A stretch of DNA of 64,000 bases, from the NCBI GenBank assembly GCA_964016885.1, contig OZ024760.1, forward strand, positions 372,001 to 436,000, read 5' to 3'. The notes under the pieces are model-generated. The model ran no database searches and was not told where the DNA came from. It saw nothing but the letters and a program-made list of their open reading frames with translations. The stretch comes from Eledone cirrhosa (lineage: Eukaryota). Both the position numbers and the translations under genes were made by a program. How positions within the stretch are numbered: the first letter of the stretch is position 1; every line of letters begins with the position of its first letter. Shown one piece after another: positions 44,193 to 58,936 of this stretch.

Positions 44193-44229
44193 ATAAATTT
44201 AAGTTTATATTTACAATAAATTTTTGCAA

Positions 44230-45310
44230 TGTAAAGATACTATAAATGTTTGAATTAACAAATAACATGAAACCACATTAGCGAGACATTATTGGAAACT
44301 TTAAAACAGAGCTATGACTGCATTAAATTGAAAATTCAAATTTTTACTATACTATAAATTTTCACAATGATACACTCGTAAAAATACTATGAAAATTTGA
44401 ATTAACAAACATGAAACCAAATTAGCGAGACATTCTTGGAAAGTACAAAACAGGACTATGACTGCATCATATTATAAATTCAAGTTTTACTATACTATAA
44501 ATCTTTACAATGATCTGTGCACCATTAAAGATACCGTATATACCGTTTTTCCCGGCGTCGAAGGCGCTACTTTTTTCCTAAAGTAAACCTCAAAAATCTA
44601 CCGTGCGTCCTGGAGGCCGAAGGTTGTTTATTATTTTTTTTCAGATTTTTGGTCGTCAAAATTAGGGTGCGTCCTCGAGGACGAAGCGACTTCGGTGCCG
44701 GGAAATACGGTATTTCAATTAACAAACCACATAAACTTACATTAGCAAAACATTCTTGGAAACGTTAAAACAGAACCATGACTGCGTTTTATCAAAAATT
44801 CAAGTTTTTACTTTACTATAATTTTTTGAAATCATCTCTACACCAGTATAAATACTATAAATGTTTAAATTATCAAACTACACAAAACCACATTAGCAAG
44901 ACATTTGTGGAAAGTACTTATCAGATTTGCGACTACATCATATTAAAAATTCTTTCCTTTTTTATGTTTAGTTTTCCAGAAATTGTCACAAAGATCTACT
45001 CACTAGTAAACAATTGAATTACCATATCTACTTTTAGATATTTCTGCTAAATTATTATAGGATGTTAAGAATTAATGTACCTTTCGTTTTGTATTGAGAC
45101 AGTTGAGAATCCTTGCCCCTACACGTTTGCGCTGGATTTGTAATGGCGGGAGCTGAAATGTTATCCCAACTTTTCCTAAACGGTCACTTAATGTCTCGTA
45201 CTACACGAAACAGCATTAGCAAGCCATTCTTGAAAATTACAAAACAACCCCTATAACTGCATTATATTACAAAATCAAGGTATTTTTTTTCTAATACCAC
45301 AAATTTTCAC
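44230..45310. repeat. Degenerate long-unit tandem repeat, unit about 145 bp
   Basis: Recurrent attagc.agacatt.ttggaaa....aaaacag..ctatgactgc. Confidence 0.7.
44543..44710. mobile_element. Tc2/pogo-like MITE
   Basis: TIRs ccgtttttcccggc / gccgggaaatacgg with TA on both sides. Confidence 0.75.
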
Positions 45311-45532
45311 AATAACTCAACTATCCACAATAAATTTACAAGCGCATATAAAAGAATATTTAAAAAAAGAATTACACGATATTAACGTATGCCGGTCGTA
45401 CAGTAGGACGTCTCTAAGGGTGTTCGTTGTGCAAGTAGGTGCTAACACAAGGCACTACTCTATGTGTTCTCAAAGTTGATTACATCGAACTCAGTTCTCG
45501 ACCAGTACATTATTTTAGCGATCCCATGAAAT

Positions 45533-45760
45533 GGTTGATTCCTGGACTGGGTTGTGTGTTGTGTTTTTGAGCAAAACGCTTCATTTCACGTTGCTCTAGT
45601 ATACCCAGGTGAAAATTAGTACCAGAAATAACTGGGGGTTTAACCCTGCTATAGACTGGCGTCCTGTCCAGGGGGAGTCTTGTACTCTCAGTGTCTTTAC
45701 GCCACGGAAATCGGGATAAGCAACGGCCTCATAAAATTCTGGGCTCGGGACAGACTGTAG
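45533..45760 (+). mobile_element. CORE-type SINE with 3' tail
   Basis: gttgtgtttttgagcaaaacgcttcatttcac core; aaccctgctatagactggcgtcctgtccagggg tail. Confidence 0.6.
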
Positions 45761-45764
45761 TAAG

Positions 45765-46329
45765 AATGAAAAGCGAAGCTAACCTCGGCGGGATTTGAAC
45801 TCAAAACGTAAAGGACCGTAACTCTATGCCGCAAATCATGTTGTTCGGGGCTTTACTGATACTTCCAATCCATTCCCTAGTAATAATGATAATGGTTTCT
45901 GATTTTAGCACAAGGCCAGAAATTTGGGAGAGGGGAAAGTCGATTAAATCGACCTCAGTGCATTACTGGTGTTTTATTTTATCGACCTCGTAAGGATGAA
46001 AGGCAAAAACTAACCTTGGCGGGATTTGAACTCTGCACGTAAAGGGTTGTAACTCCGTGCCGCAAGAAATATGTTGTCCGGTGCTTTACCGATACTGCCA
46101 ATCCACCGCCTTAATAATGGTTTTTTTATATAGGCACAAGGCCAGCAATTTTGGGGGAGTGGAAAGGCGATTAAATCGACCCCAGTGCGTGACTGGTACT
46201 TTATTTTATCTACCCCGTAAGGATGAAAGGCAAAGTTAACCTCGGCGAGATTTGAACTCAGAACGTAAAGGGCCATGACGTTATGCTTCAAAGCATGGCG
46301 TCCAACCCTCTACCGATACTGCCAATCCA
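45765..46329 (-). mobile_element. Three tandem Meta-like SINE copies
   Basis: Copies at about 45765-45872, 45888-46111 and 46113-46329. Confidence 0.85.
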
Positions 46330-46567
46330 ATAACAATAACAACAATAATGATAATAAGGGTAATAAAAATACAGAACAAGATGGAAAAGGAGAATTCTTT
46401 TGACTTGATTGATTGGAGGCAAATGTGTGAATATGCTGGTCATGTGATCTGGTTGTTGAGATATTTGTTTATCTCGTATAGTAATCAAACTAACGTTCTA
46501 CCGGAAGGTGTGTAGGAGACATTCCTTTCGCTACATCACAATAAAGGACCACCACCAGCGTCACCAA

Positions 46568-46905
46568 TACTGCTACTACTACTGCTGTTGTTGCTGCTGC
46601 TGCTGCTGCTACTACTACTACCACTGCTGCTGCTGCTGCTACTACTACTACTACCACTGCTGCTACTGCTGCTGCTGTTGTTTCTGCTGCTACTACTACT
46701 ACTACTGCTGCTACTATTACTACTATTACTGCTGCTGCTACTATTACTACTACTACTACTACTACTGCTGCTACTATTACTACTACTACTGCTGCTGCTA
46801 CTATTACTACTACTACTGCTGCTGCTACTATTACTACTACTTCTGCTGCTGCTACTATTACTACTACTACTGCTGCTGCTACTATTACTACTACTACTAC
46901 TCTAC
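46568..46905. repeat. (CTG)n/(CTA)n compound microsatellite
   Basis: Direct observation. Confidence 0.95.
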
Positions 46906-47837
46906 GACTAACATTACTGCGACTTTTATACTAATATTAATGCTAAATTGACTCCGCCATTATCTGGTTACACCATCCAAACACACACACGCGCACACAC
47001 ACATACACACACGCACGCACACACACACACACACACTCTCTGCCTCTCACATATATATATATAACTGGTATAAATCGAAGTCGTAGCTGCAATATAGTAG
47101 ATACCAATTGATTTGCTTGAGGCAGTCATAAAGCACACATTTTCGTCTAGGGTAAACACAAAGTTAAGGAAGAGTGACACCGAGGGTAAAGCGACCAAAT
47201 GCATGTGACTATAGTTTATTCCACAACTATGATAAATACAAACAGGTCGTGGACTAACCTGGACCATCTCGAGTAGAGAAGAATCTATAGAAATCGATAA
47301 AAATCTTCGATAGGTTTCTGGGACTTCGGGTTACAAGTTGCATTACAAGTTGACCAATGCATATGCAAGTCATAGATGCACCTAGCGATGGAACTGGAAA
47401 ATCCCTTCATCGGGAGGTGTTTCTTCTTTCAATATTATCCGATCTAGTTCAGTCTGGAGACCAGTGACTACTCATGTAGAGAGACTGCGGAACTGCAGTA
47501 CCAGTTATTATCGTTAACAGTCAATATAATAAGTCTTTTTTTCTTTAGTTCTTTCTTTATACTTGTACATGATATAATCCTTAAGCTTAATATCAGTAGC
47601 CATCAACTCGTTCATTAAAAATTACAAAGATCCTTGCATGGAACTATGTGCTTCTCAGTTCCAGCGATGCGGTGTTTGGCTGTTGTATGTATGCGCACAT
47701 GCCCTAGGAAAGAAGCTGCAAGCTGGTTATAGAGAGCACTGTCGCTCACGCAGTGCCGACCCTGTTGTCCGAGTGTACGTACGCGCGCGCGCGCGCACAC
47801 ACACACGCACACACCCCCACACACACCCCCACACACA

Positions 47838-47909
<72 letters not shown>

Positions 47910-47954
47910 GTGACGAAACATAAGTCAATTGCATGAACTCATAATCTTTTATTT

Positions 47955-48010
47955 ACTACTATATATATTTCGATGATAGCCATTGTATGGCTATGACCTC
48001 ATCAGGCAGT
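47955..48010 (-). ncRNA. Canonical-core minimal type I hammerhead ribozyme
   Basis: Minus strand actgc-CTGATGA-ggtcatagccat-aca-atggctatcatc-GAAAT-atat-ATA-gtagt; G-C first pair of stem II; palindromic loop III. Confidence 0.78.
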
Positions 48011-48281
48011 TAGTCAGTTCTTAGATATGCCAGCTCTGTGTTTATGGTGTTGATGGTTTCAGAGCCTTGGGACATATGTCCCAACGCTCTGAAACCATCA
48101 ACATACATGTGTGTGTGTGATGTCATATGGATAGAAATGTTATAGATACATTGCTTTTTGGAGCTTCTGGTTAGGTTGCGGATAGAACCATTTAACAGAC
48201 AAAGTTCATAGCCCCTGACACACACGAATATTTGTACAAACACACATTTTATATATATATGTATATATATGTATGTACATG

Positions 48282-48334
<53 letters not shown>

Positions 48335-48453
48335 ATATATGTATGTATATATATATGTATATATATGTATGTGTATATATTTATGTATATATATATGTAT
48401 ATATGTATATATATGTATGTATATATATATGTATATATACATGTGTATATATT

Positions 48454-48522
<69 letters not shown>

Positions 48523-48769
48523 TTATATATATATATATGTATATGTATATATATATGTATATATATATATGTATGTATGTATATATATATATATATGTAT
48601 GTATGTAGGTGTATGTATATATATATATATATATGTATGTAGGTGTATGTATATATATATGTATGCATGTATATATATGTATGTATATATATATATATAT
48701 GCATGTATATATATATATGTATGTATATATATATGTATGTATATATATATATGTATATATATGTATGTA

Positions 48770-48802
<33 letters not shown>

Positions 48803-48882
48803 TTTCTCTCTCTCTTAATTTCGAGTATATTTTTTTGACCGGCCACCTTCCTGGTGGCAAGGTTGTAAAAGAAAAGAAATTG

Positions 48883-49291
48883 TCATCCCTTGAATCGCAA
48901 GAATGTTTTGCCAATTTTGAAGGTGCCAGCTATCGCAGCCATTTGTAGACTATGAATTAGGGAGCTGCGCTTTTTGTCCGCAAATCCAAGTTCAGTCATA
49001 CTTTGGTCCAAGAGGGTTGGTATATAACCCGTAGCTCCAATAATGATGGGTATGAAGCTAAAGGTGTATCTTGGATACTGGATTTGTAAACTCCTCATCA
49101 ATGGTCCGTAGATGTCCTCCTTCTCCTGTATTTTTCTGACAACGTTTACATCAAGTGGGCAGCTGATCTCCACAACAGAACACGTTTTCAATGTGTGGTC
49201 CCAAACTACAATATCAGGCCGGTTGTGCTTTAATTTGGTGGCAGTTTTTATTTTCAGGTTCCACCAGTATTCCTTAGTGCCATCTGTCTCA
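48883..49291 (-). mobile_element. R4/Dong-like non-LTR retrotransposon 3' fragment (restriction-like endonuclease domain)
   Basis: [23 protein letters not shown]...[22 protein letters not shown]...[11 protein letters not shown]: RPD...E...K RLE signature; open to the stop codon; 5' end abuts microsatellite. Confidence 0.85.
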
Positions 49292-49356
49292 ATATATGTA
49301 TGTATGTATATATGTATGTATGTATATATGTATGTATGTATAGATATGAATGTATG

Positions 49357-49389
<33 letters not shown>

Positions 49390-49430
49390 ATATACATATA
49401 TATGTATGTGTATATATATATATATGTATG

Positions 49431-49469
<39 letters not shown>

Positions 49470-49619
49470 GTATGTGTGCATATATATATGTATGTATGTA
49501 TATGTATGTATGTATGTATATATATTTTTGTATATATATATTTGTATATATGTATGTATATATATATATGTATGTATATATGTATGTATATATATGTATG
49601 TATGTATATATATATATAT

Positions 49620-49655
<36 letters not shown>

Positions 49656-49762
49656 CATATATATATTGACTATATATATAAATATGTACATATATATATT
49701 GACTATACATATAAATATATATATATATTGACTATATATATATATGTACATATATATATATT

Positions 49763-49796
<34 letters not shown>

Positions 49797-49872
49797 ACTA
49801 TATATATATATGTACATATATATATATACATACGTATATATATATGTATATATACATACATATATATATACA

Positions 49873-49908
<36 letters not shown>

Positions 49909-50015
49909 TATATATACATACATATATATAGATATATAGATATATGAAACTATACATACACACAAGCGCCTATAAATATTTGTGGATGTGTGTGTCTGTA
50001 TTAATGCATACGTAC

Positions 50016-50183
<168 letters not shown>

Positions 50184-50227
50184 ATATATATATATATGTA
50201 TATTGGTATATATATATATATGTGCAA

Positions 50228-50995
50228 AAGTTTTATTTAAAATTGTTGGGTTACAACAAGTAAATATGTTATAACTGATATAAAGCACTCGACAAGTTTT
50301 TGGAGTAGATATACGATATTAAATAAATGGAAACTATATTTATAAAACCATATCTATTTCATTATACATATTTCGGGGATACCATATTAAAAATATGGCA
50401 TGCCTTCGTCAGATAAAATACAATATATAAACAGTTTTATAAATAATTTTGTACATCAAAATTATTTATAAAACTGTTTATATATTGTATTTTATCTGAC
50501 GAAGGCATGCCATATTTTTAATATGGTATCCCCGAAATATGTATAATGAAATAGATATGGTTTTATAAATATAGTTTCCATTTGTTTAATATCGTATATA
50601 TATATATATATTTATATATATTTATATATATACAGTATATGTTAATATATATATATATATATATGTAGAAGTTCTATTTAAATTGTTGGGATACAACAAG
50701 CAAATATTTGTATAACTGATATAAAGCACTCAACAAATTATTGGAGTAAAAATACGATATATTAACAAATAAATATTGACATACCCTTAAAGAATGCGAC
50801 CATTTCTGTTGGAGCTTCCAACAGAAATGGTCGCATTCTTTAAGGGTATGTCAATATTTATTTATAAAACTGCTCCATATTATATTTTATCTGATGAAAG
50901 CACGCCATAATTTAACTTGGTGTCCTTGAAATATGTATAATGAAATAAATATGGTTTTATAAATATAGTTTCCATTTGTTAATATATCGTATTTA
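50228..50995. mobile_element. Two family-D fold-back elements with HHRs
   Basis: Arms 50312-50450 / 50457-50597; HHRs 50355-50420 (-), 50488-50553 (+, CTGACGA) and 50883-50947 (+, CTGATGA); palindrome about 50768-50863. Confidence 0.8.
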
Positions 50996-51019
50996 TATAT
51001 ATATATATTTATATATATT

Positions 51020-51150
<131 letters not shown>

Positions 51151-51198
51151 TTATATATATATATATTTTATATATATATATATATATTTATATATAGT

Positions 51199-51240
<42 letters not shown>

Positions 51241-51956
51241 CTGTGTGTGTGTCTGTGTATATATATCCAATGTCGTTTACTGAGAAGAAGCGAGGAGGCG
51301 TACAGAGAAAAGGGGAGACAGAGAGATAGAGAGAGTTTGTGTGTGTGTGTGTGTGCGTGTATGTGTGTGTCTGTGCTCGTGTGTGTGTGTGTCTGTATTA
51401 ATGTATACATACACACATATACATACATATATATGTTTGGAGAAAGGAGTGATGACGAGTACAGAGCAAGAGAGAGCGGGAGAGATTGTGCGTGTGTCTA
51501 TGTGAGTGTCTCTCTGTGTGTATATGTATGTGTACATTATATTTTATATATATTTATATACATATATATATGTACATATATGTATATATATATATACACA
51601 TATATATATATGTATATATATATATATGTGTATATATATATGTACATATATATATATGTGTATATATATATATATATATGTACATATCTATTTTTTAAAT
51701 ATATATATGTGTATATATATATTTACATATATATATATATATATATGTACATATATATATACACATATATATATATATGTGTATATATATATGTACATAT
51801 ATATATACACATATATATATATATATGTGCATATATATATATGTACATATATATATGTGTATATATATATATACATATATATATATGTACATATCTATTT
51901 TTTTTAATATATATGTTTATATATATATATGTACATATATATACACATATATATAT

Positions 51957-52242
<286 letters not shown>

Positions 52243-52305
52243 TGAACTTTTTTTGTTTAATATAAGGAACTGTTTCATTGTTTTATTCATTATTTGTTTA
52301 ATATT

Positions 52306-52512
<207 letters not shown>

Positions 52513-52589
52513 TATATATACATGGATATGTGTGTATGGTTTGGTGAGGAGGGGCGATGAAGAGTACAGAGAAAAAAGGAGACACAATG

Positions 52590-52620
<31 letters not shown>

Positions 52621-53419
52621 GATAGAGAGAGAGAGAGAGCTGGGTGGCGTAGTGTGGCGCTGTGGTAGAGTATATGTAGTGTGTAATGTGTAATGGTGTT
52701 TAACAATTTACCACAGTTGATGTTAATGATTACTATTACAGTATTGCCAAGACTGTTTCTGTTTTGTTAATCTCGTCAGTTAGAGTGTAGCTGGCTGGGA
52801 TGGACGGGACTTGGGGTACCTTATTGAAGGTTAGCTGCAGATGTATAGCAGTCACAGGCACACACACACATATACACACACATACATACACACACACATA
52901 TACCCACACACACATACATATATATATACACACACACATACACACACATATACACACATACACACATACACACACACATACACACACACATACATACTTA
53001 CACACACACATACACACACATATACACACATACACACATACACACACATACACATACATACACACACATACACACATACACGCACACATACATACATACA
53101 TACACACACAGACATACACACACATACACACACACATATACACACATACACACACATACACACAAACTCATACATACATACACACACATACATACACACA
53201 TACACGCACATACATACACGCACACATACATACATACACATACACATATACACACACATACATACACATACACATATAAATGCACATACACACGCACACA
53301 TAAACGCACATAAACACACGCACACAGATACATACACATGCATGTACACATGTGCACATACACATACATGTACACATACATTCATACACACACATGCACA
53401 CGCACATACACATGCACAC

Positions 53420-53872
53420 GCACTCCTTCACTCTCTCACTCACTCACACACATACACACACTCACTGGCTCACTCACTCACTCACTCACTCACTCACTCA
53501 CTCACACACATACACACATACACACACTCACTGGCTCACTCACTCACTCACTCACTCACTCACTCACTCACACACATACACACACTCACTGGCTCACTCA
53601 CTCACTCACGCGCTCACTCACTTACTCGCTCACTCGCTCACTCGCTCACTCACTCGCTCACTCACTCACTCACTCACTCACTCACTTACTCGCTCACTCG
53701 CTCACTCGCTCACTCACTCGCTCACCCACTCACTCACTCGCTCACCCACTCACTCACTCACTCACTCACTCGCTCACTCACTCACTCACTTACTCGCTCA
53801 CTCGCTCACTCGCTCACTCGCTCACTCACTCGCTCACTCACTCACTCACTCACTCACAGACACTCACTCACA
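53420..53872. repeat. (CACT)n microsatellite
   Basis: Direct observation. Confidence 0.93.
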
Positions 53873-55200
53873 CGCGTGTGTGTGTGTATGTGTTTTATAT
53901 AGATATAGATATGTGTGTGTTTCTGCCTGTAGTTGCGACTGACAGATAGTATCAGCAATTGGAAAAGGCCAATGGAAACTTTGTTTCCTCGGTCCGATTT
54001 GACGAACTCCACCCCACTCGGTAAGTGAATGAGGTCTGGGATCGAATATCGATATGTATGAGTTTAGATACTTGCGAGGATCGGCTGTAATGTTCATAGG
54101 CTGACTAAGATACTCTCATGGAATGACCAAATGAGGTTTATTTTTCAACAGAGTCCCTGGAAAGAAACAATGCATACATACATACATACATACATACATA
54201 CATACATACATACATACATACGAACATATATACATATATGCATACGTACATACATACATACGAACATACATACATACATACATACATACATACATACATA
54301 CATACATACATACATACATACGAACATATATACATGCATACATACATACGAACATATATAAATACATACATACATACATACATACATACATACATACATA
54401 CGAACATATATATATATGTGGATACGTACATACATGCATGCTTGCATACATACATACATACATACATACATACATACATACATACATACATACATACGAA
54501 CATATATACATATATGCATACGTACATACATGCATGCTTGCATACATACAAACATACATACATATAAATGCATACATATATACATACATACATATACACA
54601 TAGGTACATACATACATATATACGTATATACAAACATACATCCGTACATAAACACATACATACATGCGTATATACAAACATACATGCATATATACATATA
54701 TACATACGTACATGCACAGACATACATACATGCAGACATACATACATGCAAACATACATACAGACAATCATACATACAAATACACACACGCACACGCACA
54801 CACACATATATATATATATACATACATAAACACGTACATACATACAGTGTTACATCTTATCTATTTTTCTCTTTCCCTGGGAGTTTCTTTACACCAATTA
54901 TGTGTTGTATGTCGTATTACTTTCATGGCACTGCACGAGACTTAAACCACCAGACGTCTACCTCAAATAACCCCGTTTTCGTGCCGCCAAACTTTATTTA
55001 CCTAGTCTACTTTTCCAACCTTTCACCGCCGGTGCTAACGGCTTGCATACAGCAAAGTAAACTCTGACAGAAAGAGAGAGACTTAAAATGAGAGAGAGAG
55101 AGGGGAAGAGAGGGCATTAGACTGACATAAAGAGACACAGACCTAGAGATAACTAAAGATTTTCGATTCTAGTACCATTATGATTGTTATTGTTATTATA

Positions 55201-55585
55201 AGGGTGGTGGATTGGCAGAATCGGTAGAGCGCCGGACACCCTGCTTCGTAGCATAGAGTTACGTCCCTTTATGTTCTGAGTTCAAATCCCGCCGAGGTTG
55301 ACTTTGCCTTTCATCCTTACGGGGTCGATGAAATAAAGTACCAGTAATGCACCGAGATAATTGCCGGCCTTGTGCGAAAAGTAGAAATAATAATAATGGT
55401 TTTTTTATATAGGCACAAGGCCAGCAATTTTCTGGGGAGGGGAAAGTCGATTAAATCGACCCCCGTACGTTACTGGTACATTATTTTATCGACCCTGTAA
55501 AGATGAAAGGCAAAGTTAACCTCGGCGGGATTTGAACTCAGAACTTAAAGTGGCGTAACTCTATGCTTCAAAGCATAGCGTTCTG
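55201..55585. mobile_element. Tail-to-tail pair of Meta-like SINEs
   Basis: Plus copy 55201-55388 with A box tggcagaatcgg and B box gagttcaaatccc; minus copy 55396-55585. Confidence 0.88.
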
Positions 55586-55629
55586 GAGTCTCAATCATTG
55601 ATGTTATTGAACTGGAAAGTTTGTTCAAA

Positions 55630-55706
55630 TATATATCAAGCTGCTACATGCAGCCTCAGATATTTAGGACGTTTCGAAGGGTTCTTGTTGTTCCCACAAA
55701 CATGCC
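55630..55706 (-). mobile_element. Possible extreme 3' end of an RLE-type non-LTR element
   Basis: GTTRTLRNVLNI* resembles the GT(A)RILRKVL C-terminus of R4/Dong-like proteins; very short. Confidence 0.4.
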
Positions 55707-55886
55707 TATTAGTAGTAGTAGCGGTGGTGTGGTGAATATCATCGTGTAAAATGAAGGATTATTAAGTTCAATACTTTCTCCTTGTGTGTGTGTATACAAA
55801 CATACATACATCTCTGTGTTTGTCTTGTAGATACCTGACCTATATATATTTATATTTATATATATATATATATATATTTATATAAT

Positions 55887-56075
55887 ATGGAAGTGGCTTC
55901 TACAAAACTAGAACTGCTTAATTCAAAAGAAATTACTAGGGCTTTCCTGATCATATCTTTTGAATGAAAGAGTTCTAGTCCTGTAGAAGCCGTTTCTATA
56001 TTAAACTTGATGTTTACACTCTACAAATGTATTGATTACCTTACTAACTGTGGCTACCCCTGATTGAACTCGAGA
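55887..56075. mobile_element. Family-B fold-back element, degenerate HHR
   Basis: ggcttctacaaaactagaactg... mirrored by ...agttctagtcctgtagaagcc; core mutated (ctgatca, gaaag). Confidence 0.7.
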
Positions 56076-56114
<39 letters not shown>

Positions 56115-56120
<6 letters not shown>

Positions 56121-56589
56121 TACATGAATCAAAGTTCAGTTTAAATCATTTATTTGCTTACAATTGTTTCCTCCAAACCGAGGTTTGATTTCTTCGGAGC
56201 AACTATTTAGTGATTTTTACATACTTGACCTCCTTTTCAACACAAGAGACATATAAAAACACTGTGGGTCAATATATACATATGTTTTTATATGTCTCTT
56301 GTGTTGAAAAGGAGGTCAAGTATGTAAAAATCACTAAATAGTTGCTCCGAAGAATCCAAACCTTGGTTTGGAGGAAACAATTGTAAGCAAATAAATGACT
56401 TAAACTGAACTTTGATTCATGTAATTTCTATATAACTGCTCTGTAAAACAACTGATGTTATTGCATTGAGCTATTTATCTTACTGGTAATAAGATAGTAA
56501 TGAATTACTGTCTTTCACTATTTAGGGTTTAAAATATATATAACTATATAAGGTTTTATTGTATACATAACCATAAATAGTATCCTTAA

Positions 56590-56592
<3 letters not shown>
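56115..56592 (+). mobile_element. Family-G fold-back element with HHRs at 56154-56202 (-) and 56342-56390 (+)
   Basis: Arms about 56115-56258 / 56283-56430; both carry the CCGAAGA core; tail matches 39170-39335; (TA)n flanks. Confidence 0.82.
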
Positions 56593-56645
<53 letters not shown>

Positions 56646-56650
<5 letters not shown>

Positions 56651-57116
56651 AAAGAATAGAAGTGTAAAACACGAGTTGTGATATATTGGTAAAAGGAAAA
56701 GAAAATGCTGACAAATTGTTTCCAGTGAAAAATAGTTTAATTAGGAATAAGTATAAATTAGTAATAGTATTGGTTAGTATTCAGTTTTGGTTTTAAGTCT
56801 TTACCGGTTGCGCATTTCTAATGCTTTTCAAAAATAATTTTGAGATAGAGCGCCCGTGATGTTTGCTCTAATCTCAAATTGCTCTAAACTACAGATGAGA
56901 GCAAACATCACTGGCGCTCTATCTCAAAATTATTTTTGAAAAGCATTAGAAATGCGCAACCGGTAAAAACTTAAAACCAAAACTGAATACTAACCAATAC
57001 TATTACTAATTTATACTTATTCCTAATTAAACTATTTTTCACTGGAAACAATTTGTCAGCATTTTCTTTTCCTTTTACCAATATATCACAACTCGTGTTT
57101 TACACTTCTATTCTTT

Positions 57117-57121
<5 letters not shown>
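56646..57121. mobile_element. Near-perfect fold-back element, about 225-bp arms, in (TA)n
   Basis: Arms about 56646-56872 / 56895-57121 with a short spacer. Confidence 0.85.
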
Positions 57122-57171
<50 letters not shown>

Positions 57172-57175
<4 letters not shown>

Positions 57176-57364
57176 AGTCAGGACCCCGACGGCTGAGCTC
57201 CGGCTGTTTCGACAGCTAGATCCGAACAGTTCAGATGTAGCTGTCGAAACTACCGGACCTCAGCCGTCGGGGTCCTGACTCTTTTCCTATTACCCACTCT
57301 ACTACCCTAAGTATCGAGTACTCTGGTGTGTTATGGTCCACCTGGTTTCTTAACACACTTTCTT

Positions 57365-57368
<4 letters not shown>
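57172..57368 (+). mobile_element. Family-A fold-back element (subfamily 2)
   Basis: aagagtcaggaccccgacggc...gccgtcggggtcctgactctt plus family tail. Confidence 0.78.
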
Positions 57369-57412
<44 letters not shown>

Positions 57413-57449
57413 GTAGAGGGTGAGTGAATAGAAACTCCAATGAATTCCC

Positions 57450-57775
57450 ATTCAGTCAAGACGGGGCTCTTTCTCATTTTCCATGCACTGTCCATGAGTG
57501 GCTTGAGGTCTAATTTCCAGGACGATGGCTGGATCGTCGAAGTCTACATAAATGGCCAGCAAGGAGCCCTGATTTAACGCCATGTGATTTTTTCCTGTTG
57601 GGGTAGGCAAAGGGAGAATTTTATAGCCCAAAACCCCGACCTCTGACTCAGTTGGAGGAATCTATTTGTAAGGTAGTGACCATAATTCGCCTGAGTTCCT
57701 GAAGAAGTTAGTCGAGGTTATACCCAGACGATTACAAACACTGGTGGACAACACTGGTACCTATGTAGAATTTTA
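57450..57775 (+). pseudogene. Tc1/mariner-superfamily transposase C-terminal remnant
   Basis: FSQDGALSH...V.EWL...FPGRW......WPARSPDLTPCDFFLLG*AK: QDGA and SPDL.P.D motifs with in-frame stops. Confidence 0.85.
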
Positions 57776-57864
57776 ACACTGTACTGTACTTCTACCATTA
57801 TACTGCTCAAAATAAAACATTTTATGTAAATCGACCAATAATGAATAAAGCTATTCGCAATTTA

Positions 57865-57961
<97 letters not shown>

Positions 57962-58042
57962 TGTGTGAGGGCAAAATGTACGAAATATAAACTACCATAA
58001 ATTCTTTACCTAGCTACTTGGACTTTATTTATACACACACAA

Positions 58043-58076
<34 letters not shown>

Positions 58077-58494
58077 TCAAATATAGACGAAGCCAATTCT
58101 GTTTTTTCGTTTTCTTCGGATTTCCGTATCCGTTTCAAAATGTAAAATAATTTAAGTGCGTGGATTTCACTAAATTCCTTAACAGCGCAGTCCATCAAAT
58201 ATTTCTGAGGAATTTCTGCAATATTAGAAATCCTTATATAAACCAATCTCTTAGATATTCTGTCGTTGGTGCAGTACTTAAGTAATGTTAACGACTTCAG
58301 CTCTGCATGTGTTTTTATTGAATACAGTTTAACATGCGTCGAATCGCTTACAATATGAGAACTTTGCAAATATCCAGATGGAAATGTAAGCTTCTATTTA
58401 GAGAGTTCTCTCTCTCTCTCTTTTTTTTCCGACTCAATAAATATGAGCGTTTCATTTTTTTATCTGCACATCTCATTCTCCCCCTTCTCCCTTA

Positions 58495-58602
<108 letters not shown>

Positions 58603-58709
58603 TACGTTTCTGGCTGACTGAATACACAGGTGACTTTTCACAAAAATATATTTTCCGTTCCTTCCACTTCCAATCTTTCTAGTACATCTTATATTTCTCA
58701 TTCTATCTT

Positions 58710-58740
58710 TTGATGAGGGATTTGTGTCCGAGACGTTACG
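58710..58740 (+). ncRNA. Degenerate minimal hammerhead-like motif
   Basis: TTGATGA-ggga-tttgtg-tcc-GAGACGTT; two core mismatches. Confidence 0.35.
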
Positions 58741-58890
58741 TCATTTTCCCTACTATACCAAGCATTAAACTACGTAATATATTTCGTCATTGTACTTTGT
58801 TGTTTGTAATACAGTTTACTTTTTGTATATATATATTGCTGTAAATACTTTTGTATATATATATATATATATTGCTAATACTACAACTTC

Positions 58891-58935
<45 letters not shown>

Positions 58936-58936
<1 letters not shown>

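Noticed and set aside
47090-47520. Unique sequence that might be a decayed coding fragment
   Set aside because: The frame examined is interrupted by stops and has no motif I recognise.
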